Assembly (NCBI RefSeq): GCF_006345805.1
Contig: NC_043024.1
Coordinates: 15,996,001-16,060,000, forward strand
DNA: 64,000 nucleotides
Source: Octopus sinensis
Lineage: Eukaryota
Reading direction: 5' to 3'
The translations under genes were made by a program, and so were the position numbers. Below the pieces are notes generated by a model. It worked only from the letters and a program-made list of their open reading frames with translations, was not told the DNA's origin and ran no database searches. Below are positions 12,793 through 26,215 of the stretch, one piece after another; within the stretch, counting starts at the first letter, position 1; every line of letters begins with the position of its first letter.

Positions 12793-12852
12793 TAAAACGA
12801 TTTTGTTCAATCTGCGTTCAGCTCCATTTCTTCAATTCACCAATAATGTTTT

Positions 12853-13660
12853 ATATATAATATATATATATAATATATATATAATATATATATATATATA
12901 CACACACACATATATATATATATATTACACACGTACACACACACCCACATACACATGCATACACACACACACAAACATGCACGGGACACACCCAGACATA
13001 CACACATACACCTATATACACACGCCCACACACCTACATACACAACATATAAAACCGCCCACACACCTACATACACACACATACATACACACACATACAC
13101 GGACACCCCACACATACTTACATACATACACCTATACACACACGCCTACACACCTACATACACACACATGCATAACACACACACACATGTACTCACATAT
13201 ACACACACATATACGCACATACATGTATACCACACACATGACACACACACACCATACGCACATGCATGCATGCATGCACACGCGCACACCTACACGCATA
13301 CACACACACACACGCACGTACACATACATACATACACACACGCATACATACACCCATACACATACATGCATCCGACACACACATACATACACACTCACAC
13401 ATACATACACACACACACACTCACTCACACACCTGTATGTTACGCGCACACACATGCACATACACACACTTCCCCACACCCACACGTACATACATACACA
13501 CTCACACACATACACACACACACACGGACATACATCTATGCACACACATACATACATACATACTCACATACATTCATCGCACACACTGCCACCCAGACAT
13601 ACACACAGACACACTCACACATCCACACACATACATACGTACGCGCATACTCGCAGGCAC
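12853..13660. repeat. Compound (TA)n/(CA)n low-complexity tract
   Basis: Seen directly; source of the His/Thr-rich spurious ORFs. Confidence 0.95.
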
Positions 13661-14520
13661 GCGCACATACGCACTTACGCCCGGCGCGCGTGCATACGCG
13701 TCGCATACACCTCGCCCTTGGACCTGACGAGACCTCCCGCCCGTTCCTGGGACCGTCGCGTGTCGTTGGTTTTCCCACGCCTGTCTCCGCGGTACCACTC
13801 TTCCATCTTCCCTCAGCTGGAGTCCTTTTTCCTAAACCCCCCCCCTTTTTCGTTACACACACGCGCCACACATATACACAACCTTGCCTATATATATACA
13901 TCACTCTACACACATTCAATCTACTCATTAATAACACCACGACACTGGACACACACACACTACTACTCAACACACGCTGGCACGCTACATACGCCCCCAC
14001 CCCTTCCCCTCCCTCCCTTCCTCCTTCCTTCTTTTTCTTACTACTGACCTCCCTTCCTCCTTCCTTCTTTTTCTTACTTACTGTCTGCTAGCTGACCACT
14101 AGTCTCGCCCTACCTCACACGCCTACACACAGACGCACACACTAACACACACATATATTTTTTTTTTTTTTAATCTCGCCTCACATACACACACGCACAT
14201 GCACACACTCACACATACACACACACATCTGTTGGGTTACCAACCTTGTCTCCACTCTTTGCCTTTAAAAAACCCACTTTGCTTTGTTATCGTCAACATC
14301 CGCCTTTCACCATGTGCAACTCGTAAAACACCAGTCGTCTTTTTTCTCTTTCCCTGTTGCCCGCTCTGGGATCTCTTTTCCTCTCTCTTCCTTCTTTATG
14401 TTTCCGACGAAGAGCTCCGCTCGAAACGTCATACCCCCCTGCTTCCATCTCCTGAGCGCCTATAATAATAATACTGTAATTGTTCCTGTTGTTGTTGTTT
14501 TTTTGTTTCCCTTTTGGATA
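13560..14520 (+). mobile_element. Non-coding ~1 kb element, copy 1, with hammerhead-like motif at 14400-14434
   Basis: Near-identical second copy at 34350-35350. Contains CCGACGA-A-GAGC(TCC)GCTC-GAAAC-GTC. Confidence 0.8.
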
Positions 14521-14569
<49 letters not shown>

Positions 14570-14570
<1 letters not shown>

Positions 14571-17342
14571 CATCATCATCATCATCATTTAACGTCCGCT
14601 TTCCATGCTAGCATGGGTTGGACGGTTCAACTGGGGTCTGGGGAGCCCGAAAGCTGCACCAGTCCAGTCAGATCTGGCAGTGTTTCTACAGCTGGATGCC
14701 TTCCTAACGCCAACCACTCCGAGAGTGTAGTGGGTGATTTTATGTGCCACCGACACAGGTGCCAGACGAGGCTGGCAAACGGCCACGCTCGGATGGTGTT
14801 TTTTATGTGCCACCGACACAGGTGCCAGACGAGGCTGGCAGACGGCCACGCTCGGATGGTGTTTTTATGTGCCACCGACACAGGTGCCAGATGAGGCTGG
14901 CAAAACGGCCACAATCGGATGGTGCTTGTTACGTGCCCACAGCACGGAAGCCAGTCGATGCGGTACTGGCTACGGCCACGTTCGGATGGTTTTCTTGTGT
15001 GCCACGTGCCACGGCACTGGTACCACAAGGATACAAATTCCATTGATGTTCACTATTTTGATTTGTTTTGATTTGATTTTCACTTGCCTCAACAGGTCTT
15101 CACAAGTGTCACAAGAAGGAAGGTATGCACAGGTGGACTGACTACGTCCCAGGTAGGGGCCATGGGTTATGGCCTGACTAGTCTTGCCGGGTCTTCGGAT
15201 GGTGTTTTTATGTGCCACCGACACAGGTGCTAGATGAGGCTGGCAAACGGCCACGATCGGATGGGGTTTGTCATGTGCCCACCGCACTGACTACAGCACT
15301 GATGGATTTCTTGTGTGCCACAGGCACTGGTACCACAAGATACAAATTCCATTGATGTTCATCTATTTTGTCTATTTTGATTTGATTTGATTTGATTTGA
15401 TTTTCACTTGCCTCAACCGGTCTTCACAGGTGTCACAAGAGGAAGGTATGCACAGGTGGACTGACTAGTCTTGCCGGTCTTCGGAAGGTGTTTTTATGTG
15501 CCACCGACACAGGTGCCAGATGAGGCTGGCGAACGGCCATGATCGGATGGGTTTGTTACGTGCCCACAGCACGGAGGCCGGTCGATGCGGGAACTGGCTA
15601 CGGCCACATTCGGATGGTTCTCTTGTGTGCCACCGGCACTGGTACCACAAAGTGTGTGCCACCGGCACTGGTACCACAAAGATACAGATTCCATTGATGT
15701 TCATCTATTTTGATTTGTTTTGATTTGATTTTGATTTTCACTTGCCTCAACAGGTCTTCACAAGTGTCACAAGAAGGAAGGTATGCACAGGTGGACTGAC
15801 TACGTCCCAGGTAGGGGCCATGGGTTATGGCCTGACTAGTCTTGCCGGTCTTCGGATGGTGTTTTTATGTGCAACCGACACAGGTGCTAGATGAGGCTGG
15901 CGAACGGCCACGATCGGATGGTGTTTGTCATGTGCCCACAGCACGGAGGCCAGTCGATGCGGTACTGGCTACGGCCACTTTCGGATGGTTTTCTCTTGTG
16001 TGCCACCGGCACTGGTACCACAAAGATACAAATTCCATTGATGTTCATCTATTTTGATTTGTTTTGATTTGATTTTGATTTTGATTCTCACTGCCTCAAC
16101 AGCCTTCACAAGTATCACAAGGAGGAAGGTATGCACAGGTGGACTGACTACGTCCCAGGTAGGGGCCATGGTTTATGGCCTGACTAGTCTTGCCGGGTCT
16201 TCGGATGGTGTTTTTATGTGCCACCGACACAGGTGCTAGATGAGGCTGGCGAACGGCCACCACGACGGATGGTGTTTGTTATGTGCCCACAGCACGATGG
16301 CCAGTGATGCGGTACTACTGACTACGGCCATGTTCGGATGGATTCTTGTGTGCCACCGGCACTGGTACCACAAGCGGTACTGACTACTTTTTATGTGCAC
16401 CGACACAGGTGCTAGATGAGGCTGGTGAACGGCCACGACCGGCTGGTGTTTGTTATGTGCCCACAGCACGATGGCCAGTGATGCGGTACGGACTACGGCC
16501 ACGTTCGGATGGATTCTTGTGTGCCACCTGCACCGGCACTGGTATCACAAGCGGTACTACTATACGGCCACGTTCGGATGGATTCTTGTGTGCCACCGGC
16601 ACTGGTACCACAAAGATACAAATTCCATTGATGTTCATCTATTTTGATTTGTTTTGATTTTCACTTGCCTCAACAGTTCTTCACAAGTGTCGCAAGAAGG
16701 AAGGTATGTACAGGTGGACTGACTACGTCCAGGTAGGGCCCACGGGTTATGACCTGACTAGTCTTGCCGGGTTCGGATGGTGTTTTTATGTGCCACCATG
16801 TTTCCACATCACGGAGGCGAGTCGACGCGGGTACTGGCTACGGCCACGTTCGGATGGTTTTCTTGTGTGCCACAGGCACTGGTACACAAAAGATACAAAT
16901 TCCATTGATGTTCATCTATTTTGATTGATTTTCACTTGCCTCAGCAGGTTTCACAAGTGTCACAAGAAGGAAGGTATGCACAGGGGATCGACTACGTCCC
17001 AGGTAGGGGCCACGGGATATGGCCTGACTAGTCCTGCCGGGTCCTCTCATGCACAGCACACTCCATAGGACTCGGTCTTCAGTCATTTCCTTGGTGAGAC
17101 CTAAAGTTCGAAGGTCGTGCTTCACCACCTCGTCCCAGGTTTCCTGGGTCTACCTCTTCCACAGGTTCCCTCAACTGCTAGGGTGTAGCACTTCTTTACA
17201 CAGCTGTCCTCAACCATACACATCACATGACCATACCAGCGCAGCCGTCTCTCTTGCACACCACAACTGACACTTCTTAGGTTCAACTTTTCTCTCAAAA
17301 AGTATACACTCTGACGATTATGAACACTGACATTACACATCC

Positions 17343-17345
<3 letters not shown>
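14570..17345 (-). mobile_element. 5'-truncated RTE LINE whose 3' UTR is tandemly amplified; ends in a (GAT)n tail
   Basis: RRLRWYGHVM…GRGRPRK…VVKHDLRTLGLT at 17050-17340. The marker ggtatgcacaggtggactgac recurs at about 15121, 15445, 15780, 16128, 16703 and 16973. 62-63-bp modules lie at 14741-14930 and (CAT)n at 14570. Confidence 0.88.
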
Positions 17346-17393
<48 letters not shown>

Positions 17394-17488
17394 CCTGTTT
17401 AGTTAGTGTGATGTAAATTAGTTGGTTATGTAGACAACGTTCTCTGTAGCTCAGTTAATATATGCGATAAAGTTCTTAAAATGTTTCC

Positions 17489-17655
17489 TTAACTCCTGAT
17501 AAAAGCTTGTGGAAATCGTTCTTCACTGTTGACAATCTTTTCACATTCCATCATAAAATCATAAGCGATTCTCTCACTGACAAACAGATCATTCTTGTAA
17601 TCTTCATGATTTCTTACAAACTGTCTTGTCCATTGGGCCATTGTCATTATCTTTC
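17489..17655 (-). CDS. GCLC: GCLC-like copy B terminal exon (…YKNDLFVSERIAYDF…AFIRS*)
   Basis: Reverse complement of 5849-6015, 167 nt. It differs only at gatctgtttgtc versus gattctgttgtc. Confidence 0.92.
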
Positions 17656-17954
17656 CTGTAAGATAAAAATAAATAGAATAATAAATAATTCGTTTTTCAT
17701 TTCAGATGGAAATTATTTGGTGTATTCTGTAACAATATCCTGGCTTCGTCAAATGAGGTACAAATAGATAAAGCCCTAATAGTTTTAGCAGTGATAATTG
17801 TTTCTACGAAGCTTACAAAGAATAAGTCTTGGGGTCGATTTGTTCGACTAAAACCCTTTAAGGTGTTGCTCCAGCATGGACGTAGTCAAATGACTGAAAC
17901 AAGTACAAGAGCAAAAGTAATATATATATATATATATATTTATTATATAGAAGG

Positions 17955-18005
17955 AGCTTCTACAGGACTAGAACTGTTTCATTCAAGAGAAATCTTCAGG
18001 AAGCT
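17955..18005 (-). ncRNA. Type I hammerhead ribozyme at the 3' end of PLE2
   Basis: Reverse complement of 23757-23807. Confidence 0.82.
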
Positions 18006-18239
18006 AGTTAACAAGAATTGTATTGGCATTTATACATTTAGGCAGGTTTATAGGGGTGGTGGTGGGGGACTTTTTGGGGGTAGGCATAGCGCAAAAAAAT
18101 CATACTTGGGGGAGTGGTCAAGGAGTCAGTGGTAAATTAGATAGAAGAATAAACAAAAGAATAAAAAAAGAATAAAAAAATTTAAAAATATATAGAAGAA
18201 TAGAGTTTTAGGTAAATAAGGAAATTCTCACTTATACCT

Positions 18240-18313
18240 ATACACATATGTATACATATATACACACACACACACACACATATATATACATACACACATA
18301 CATACACACACAC

Positions 18314-18359
<46 letters not shown>

Positions 18360-18614
18360 ATATACATACATATATCTACCTATATATATATATATATATA
18401 CATATATATACATATACATACATACACATATACATGCATATACATATACACACTCACATGTATATATACACACACACGACCACACATACACATACACACA
18501 AAAAAATATATACATACACACACATACACATACACACATACACACACATATCCACATACACACATGCACACACAACACACAAGTCCCTATATACTCATAT
18601 ATACATATACACAC

Positions 18615-18645
<31 letters not shown>

Positions 18646-19274
18646 CATACATATGTGTACCTATTCATACCTACACATACACACATATATATACATACAA
18701 ATACAAACCCATTCCCTAATTTTAATTTTTTATCTTCATTTATTACTTTTGTTATCTTTGACCGCTGGTCACAAGCATCTTGGCTAAGACAGCTAGTCCC
18801 TTTTATCTTTCTACTTGAGCACAAGCACTCACTCACGCACGCACACTCATTAGCACGCACACACACTCATTCGTACACTCATACACATACAGGCACGCAC
18901 GCGTTATATTCATACATACATACATCTACATTCATACACGTTTATACACATACGTACGCGTACCTACAGATTCATGTCTACAATCTTAGAAGACTAGTCT
19001 ATACATATACACCAAATATATATACACACATACATATACACCTACATACAAATACATACATACATATATATACACACATATATATATATACACATATACA
19101 CATACACACATATATATATATATATATATACACACATCCGCATACACACATACATACATACACCCATACATACATACATTATACACATATAACACACCCA
19201 CACGTATACATATACATACATATACGCGCATGCATACACATACAAATACATACACAACACATATACATATACAT

Positions 19275-19326
<52 letters not shown>

Positions 19327-19768
19327 CATACATACACATACATACATACATATACATATATACACACACACATACATACACATATACACATACACGCACA
19401 TACACATATACATACGTACCCATACGCACACACACACACGCGCATCCATATATACACATAAGTACACACATGCGTAAAAGTATACAAATATCTATGCTTA
19501 CACATACACACACACACACGCCACTCCTTATGTTCATACTTACATGCGTACTCAAAGAATAAGTAATAAAATATATATACATGCAGTTATTCATACATGC
19601 ATACTCAAAAAATAATAAATAATAAATAATAAATAATAAATATTAAGTATATATACGTGCAGTTACCTATTATACAGACGGATACATACATATAAACTTA
19701 CACACACATATATATATATATATAATATACATATATATACATATAATATATATATATATATATACATA

Positions 19769-19813
<45 letters not shown>

Positions 19814-20721
19814 TACACATATGTACATATACATACACACATACATAACTCTACTTACCTACATATACCTAAACACACGAGCGTACACGTATATGTACAT
19901 ATACACATACACATACACAACAATATACATACATACATATACATACACGCATATATACACACACAGATATATATATACCCATATTATATATATATATATA
20001 TATTATATTATATATATATATCTACACATATACACACATACACACACATATACATACATATACATACACACACATACACACATATATATTAATATTATTA
20101 TTATATATATATATATACACATATAATGTATATAATATACACATACATACATACACATACATATACACACATACACACACACACCATACATATATACACA
20201 TATACACACACAAACATACATATACATACACACCATACATACACATATATACACAATATATATATATATATATATATAATATATATATAATACATATATA
20301 CAGTACATGTGTGCAAACATACATACATACATACTCATACACACTCACACACTACATATACATATAACACACACTTACACACACACATAATATATATATA
20401 TATATTAGATATATATACAGATATATGTATATATACATACATTATATATACATATATATACATACATACATATACATACACACATACACATATGTACACA
20501 TACACACACATATTCACATATATATATATATATATATATACATATATATACACACACATATATATATATACATATATACATACACATATATATATATATA
20601 CACATACACACACACACATATATATATACACACACCTACACATACACACATATATACATATATACATACATATACACACATACACACACACACACATATA
20701 TGTACATACATACACATACAC

Positions 20722-20756
<35 letters not shown>

Positions 20757-20789
20757 CATGCACATACGTATAACTCTACATACCCACAT

Positions 20790-20828
<39 letters not shown>

Positions 20829-21022
20829 ATACACACACATATATATACACATATATATGTGTATATATACACACACATATATATACCCATCTACAATCTG
20901 TATATACACACACATACCTGCACATACACATAACTCTACATACCTACATATACATCGAATACTCGCGTACACTCATAATACACATATATAATATACATAT
21001 ACACATACACATACATATACAC

Positions 21023-21068
<46 letters not shown>

Positions 21069-21150
21069 AATAAATAATATATATATACACACGCACACAT
21101 ATATATACATATATACATATATATATACACACACACACACATACACATAC

Positions 21151-21205
<55 letters not shown>
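18240..21205. repeat. ~3 kb compound (CA)/(TA) low-complexity region inside the PLE2 insertion
   Basis: Seen directly, with unique islands at about 18700-18830 and 19520-19690. Confidence 0.95.
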
Positions 21206-21208
<3 letters not shown>

Positions 21209-23382
21209 ACAATTGAGGGTAAAGTTAATTAGTTATTAATCAATTTCACCAAGTATTCAGTATGTAAAAGGACCATTATTTTTTTGAGTAAACATTGTCT
21301 GAGAGAAAATTTCTTAAGTAGTGGAAAAAGCTAAAAACTTATTTGGCTGCTATTTCTAGAAAGTTCAGTATGTGGCAAAGTAATTTATTTTACTAAGCCC
21401 TAATTATATAATTTTATATACACACATACACATACATACACCCATACATATACACATACATATGCATACACACATATATACATATATACATATACACACC
21501 ACACACACACACACATACATATATATATTTTTTTTACGTACATACACACACACACACATAATACATGCGTATATTCCTACAATACCCATACATTTTATAC
21601 ATATATACGATACACATATACAAGCGTGCACATACAATATGTGAAAGGTCTTAGGAGAAAAGTCGGAGGTGCTAGGGAACGGTGGGATTGGGGGGGTTTG
21701 TGGGTGGGGTGTCATCAATCTGGTTGCCGGGTAGGTTATAGTTCTTGTAGTTTGCATAATTCTTATGCATGCAATTTGGGGAGTGTTCTGAAATTGTTAA
21801 GGAGAGGGCCTTTGGCGAACAAGATCTCTAGGCTCTCCGAAATGCAAAGGTCACAGCAGGTATGGCCTCCTGTGTACGAACGCGCCTTCGTAGTAGTTTC
21901 CACTTTGTCTTGAAGGGGATGGAGTTCCTTTTAAGGTACCAGATGTGGGCGGCGAGGGTTAGTTTGGTTGGATTTATCCGGTCGCCGGAACGAGTGTGTG
22001 GTGTGCGTACCAACGGGTCTTAAAGCTGTTTGACGTCATTCCGATGTAGGATTTTCTTTTATCGTCAGGGCCTGATCTTACCTCGCATGTATATACTAGG
22101 TCCTCTGTAGGCAGTTGTGTTGAGGGGGCAGGTGGTTTTATCAGGCAGTTGCAATGCTATCGGACGTGGGATGGGTCTCAGAAAAAGTAGATATGTTAAG
22201 TTTATTCACTTGTTGTTGGCTAGGTTCCTGGCTAGATTGGCGTGGTAGAGTAGGAGAGTCTAATAGTGTTCTTATTTAGGATAGTGTAGTACTTATGTTG
22301 GGTGGGGAAGTGTTCTGTAGGAGAGTGAAGAAGATTTTAGCTACAGGTGTTAGCGACCTCACGGTTGAAGGGGGGGGTTGTACCAGCTAATGTGTCTTCG
22401 TCTATTTTTCTGGGTTGGCGTGGGGCTATACTAGTATAGGTAATCTTATCTTTAAGCCACTGCGGGCCAGGGCTCGTTGTAATAGGGGGCTGCGGCCTTA
22501 AAGATATCTTCCGTGGCGGACAGGCTAGAAATTCTTATTGAGACACTTTTTACTAGGTTATCTAATATATTTTTGGGGTGGTTGGAATTAATATCTATAT
22601 ATCTAAGGGATTCATTTGGTTTGTGGTACGGGTAATAAAGTGAGGTTTTTAAGTCGAGGGTGACGTCAAGGAAGTTAGCTTTGGTTAAGTTGGATTCTAA
22701 GGTAATCCTAAGGCCTAAGGCCTAAGTAATCCGTGGTCCTGGGGTTTATTTTGTGGAGGGCGAAAAGGCCGTCATCGCGGTAAAGACCACCGGAGAGGCC
22801 TGTGAATAGGGTTTTCAGCCTATGGAGGATGAAAAGGCCCACTAGGTCACTTATTTCAGCCGAGTCGCTAGCACCCATGCTGACGTCGAAGGGGGTCACA
22901 GATTTTTTGTTGATCCAGTGGGATCCGTCGTGGAAAAGAAAAGTCTTACATGCGTGGAGGATCACATCTTGCTCAGCCTCGGTGATGGTGGAGGACCTCC
23001 TGGCGAAGTTAATCGCGTCGATCAGCAAGCTCTCCGATATGGAGGCGTAGTAATCCTCGATATCCAGTTGTAGGAATCGGGTGTTGCTTTTGTCAGGTAA
23101 ATCCCGGAACCAGGTTATTGCCTCGGAGGTCCTATTCCAGAGTGGAAGGGGGATGAAGCTTCACGCATTTTGGTAAAATCCTGTCCAGGATCTTCTTGCT
23201 GACGGATCCGATGTCAGACTTGGTTGGGTTAATCAGTCGGACCGACGGTTTATTTCGAAATGGTCTTTGTGGTCTTTCAGGGTGAAGTGTGGGGACTTCA
23301 CCCTCAGGGGTTCAGTTCGGTCATCTTTAAGGGAGGTGGCAATCTCTTTCCCGGCTAAGTTGGTTTCAGTTAGCACTGTGTC

Positions 23383-23445
<63 letters not shown>

Positions 23446-23756
23446 GATATATGGGTGTGTGTGTGTATGTATGAGTGTATGTATATATATGTGTGGTGTG
23501 TGTGTGTATATATGTATACATATGTGTATAGGTATAAGTGAGAATTTCCTTATTTACCTAAAACTCTATTCTTCTATATATTTTTTAATTTTTTTTTTTA
23601 ATTCTTTTTTTATTCTTCTATCTAATTTACCACTGACTCCTTGACCACTCCCCCAAGTATGATTTTTTTGCGCTATGCCTACCCCCAAAAAGTCCCCCAC
23701 CACCACCCCTATAAACCTGCCTAAATGTATAAATGCCAATACAATTCTTGTTAACT

Positions 23757-23807
23757 AGCTTCCTGAAGATTTCTCTTGAATGAAACAGTTCTAGTCCTGT
23801 AGAAGCT
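23757..23807 (+). ncRNA. Type I hammerhead ribozyme in the inverted repeat of PLE2
   Basis: agcttc-CTGAAGA-T·TTC(TCTT)GAA·T-GAAA-CAG(TTCTAGTC)CTG-TA-gaagct: 6-bp stem I, 4-bp stem III and GUA site at 23799-801. Confidence 0.82.
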
Positions 23808-23890
23808 CCTTCTATATAATAAATTAATTTTACTCCGCTATGTATTGAGTACCTTATTTACTGTGGTTAACCCCGAATCAACCCGGGACC

Positions 23891-23934
<44 letters not shown>

Positions 23935-24952
23935 AAAAATTAATGAGTGCGTGCGTTTTCAATCATATGTGTGTTTGTGTGTATAAAACCCCGTGGTTGT
24001 TTGTCGACAACTTTTTGTGAAGGTGCATACCACAGTGGTTAAGTGTGGGACTTATATTCGGGATGCTAGTTCAATTCCCGGACTGGGCTTTCTTTTTGTT
24101 TCACGTTGCTCCAGTTCCCTCAGCTGCAGAAATGAGTTGCGATGTCACTGGTGCCAAACTGTATCGGCCCCTTTAGCCTTTCCCTTGGATAACATCGGTG
24201 ACGTGGAGAAGGGAAGCTGGTATGCATGGGTGACGCCTGGTCTTACATGAACAACCTTGCCCAGACAGTTGCCTCAGACGGGAACTTTCTAGGTGCAATG
24301 CAATGGTCATTCGCGACCAAAAACGGTCTTTACTATATGTGTATGCGTCTCTCTGTGTGTGTATGTGTGTGTGTGTTTTGTCTTCTAGCTTCAGTCATTT
24401 GACAGCGGCCATGCTGGAGCACTACCTTGGTGAATTTCTGTGGAATCAAACAACATTAGCACTTTTTAAAGCCTCGCACTTATTCTATCAGTCCTTTTGC
24501 CGATCTAATAAGTTACATGGATGTAAACGCACCAACACTGGATGTCAAGTGGTGGGGGGACAAACACAGACACACATACGACGGGCTTCTTTTAGTTTCC
24601 GTCTACCAAATCCTCTCACGTAGCTTTGGTTGACCCGAGTTTATAGAAAACACTTTCAAAATGCCACGCAGTGGGACTGAACCTAGAACCATGTGATTGG
24701 GAAGCAAGCTAGGACATTTCTATTGCATGGGAGATAATCTTCTTTGTGTAGTAAACGCGATATTTTCCTTAATTTTAAACATTTGGATTTTAATTGTTAA
24801 TGGAATGATGGACATATATTATATAAATATCGATTATGGAAACCTATGTCGAATTTTTATTTAAATAAATACTTTCAACAATGAGTTTTAAGGTTGAATG
24901 TTTCTAATAACATTTGTTTAATATTGATGAAAACAAATGAGAATCGTCTTAC

Positions 24953-25070
24953 CTGCAGCTTTGTCTGAGAGAAATTTCAGGTATTGCATTATTTTAGGTC
25001 TTTTACTGGAATCGTAGTCAACATGATCAAGATATTTGTGTATGAGAGGAATTAAACCAGGGAAATCATC
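24953..25070 (-). CDS. GCLC: GCLC-like copy B exon, identical to copy A 4242-4359
   Basis: Exact 118-nt reverse complement of 4242-4359, with intact AG/GT. Confidence 0.92.
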
Positions 25071-26215
25071 CTGTTGAGAATAGAATCAAAAGGATTGGAA
25101 ATAGTTGAGTTTTTTGTTGGAGATGTTGACCAAAAAAATTTCATTATATAATCTGGAATATATTTATGGCAGTCTTTGACCCTGCTTTTAACGAAACTAT
25201 GATGATTTCTACATAAAATGTGGTGAATCATTAAAACACTAGAGAGAAGACTAACGATGAATTGCAGAAAATTATGACGAGGAAAATTAGTGATGTGTGT
25301 AGATGAGAGGAAGCAAATAAGGGAAATTATCCTGTTGGCAATAGAAGCAAAATAATCAAAAATAGTTTCAGTTTTCTGATGGAGATATTGACCAAATGGT
25401 TATAAAATTTGCTGATATTTTTTGTGAAGGAAATATCTGAAAAACTGAAGCAGAAATAAGAAAAATTTCATGATGTTAATTTAGGATATTTTTATGACAT
25501 TCTTTGACATCTGTCCCTTTTAATAAAATTATGATGATTTCTAACATACAGACAAAGCCATAAAGCTTGGGGTATCACAGTGAGATGGGTGTTAGAAAGA
25601 GAGAGAAAGAAATAGTATGGTAGAAGGGACAAACAAATCTCTTTGGAACCATTTCATCTCTACAATTGAACCATTCTGCTTAATCCATGATTTCATGGAA
25701 GAGTTTAATAACCACAATTGTCATGCAGATTCTTCATTCCTCAGAGTAATTGGAACTTATAGAACAATCTAGAATCTTTTCTATAGACTATTTCTTATTG
25801 AAAAAATCATTACCAATTTCTTTGGATTAAGAATTTTGTGTGGACATTGATGTGTTTCACAAGTTCCTGAGGTATCCAGGGCATATTCTATTGTCACCAT
25901 ATGTCGATCAGTGCTTTATATACACACACACAAAGACACACACACTCACCCCATCCTAACCTCTAAAGCCAATCCCCCAAATCATTGATGCTTGAAGGAG
26001 AGACAAAAAGGATAAATTCTTTTCAGTTCCACATTACTCCTCCTTTCCCCCACCCAAACACACCTACAGTGTCCCTTGAAATAAATAATATTCTTTTACG
26101 TTAACACAACATGGTGGACAGGTCAGTTTTAGCTTCCCTACTATTATAATGTAAACCTTTTTGAACTCATAATATTCTGTGCGTGTATACCAATATTCCA
26201 CTGAACTTTTTAATA

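Larger units (their letters stand above)
9970..12852 (+). mobile_element. 5'-truncated Penelope-like retroelement 1 (RT + C-terminal GIY-YIG) with inverted terminal repeat
   Basis: GGLYRDD…KANFLDVTLNL…PYHKP RT. The endonuclease reads AVYQCKV…NH…LSKLIWRLK…CNLCVSE. 10121-10291 is the inverted copy of about 12686-12852. Flanked by (TA)n; frameshifted. Confidence 0.92.
17937..23892 (-). mobile_element. 5'-truncated Penelope-like retroelement 2 inserted in the (TA)n of the last intron of GCLC copy B
   Basis: FTLKDHK…RLINPTKSDIG…FLQLDIEDYYASI…FDVSMG…GLYRDD…NFLDVTL RT at 22400-23375, and endonuclease remnant LAAHIWYLK at 21760-22030. 23385-23823 is the inverted copy of about 17937-18350. Absent from the matching copy A intron (5520-5550). 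Confidence 0.9.

Noticed and set aside
14734-17045. Repeat-spacer appearance suggesting a CRISPR array (also considered for 51.9-63.8 kb)
   Set aside because: The intervening sequences are themselves repeated rather than unique spacers. There are no cas genes, the context is eukaryotic, and the arrays lie in a LINE 3' UTR.
12803-21757. His/Thr/Tyr/Ile- and Cys/Val-rich ORFs
   Set aside because: Translations of (CA)n/(TA)n microsatellites; the same applies at 8.6-9.0, 28.9-29.7, 33.5-36.2 and 48-49.8 kb.
10233-23375. Selenocysteine recoding of in-frame TGA, reported for some Naiad PLEs
   Set aside because: The breaks I could see in these PLE copies are frameshifts and deletions. I found no conserved in-frame TGA at a Cys position and could not search for a SECIS element.
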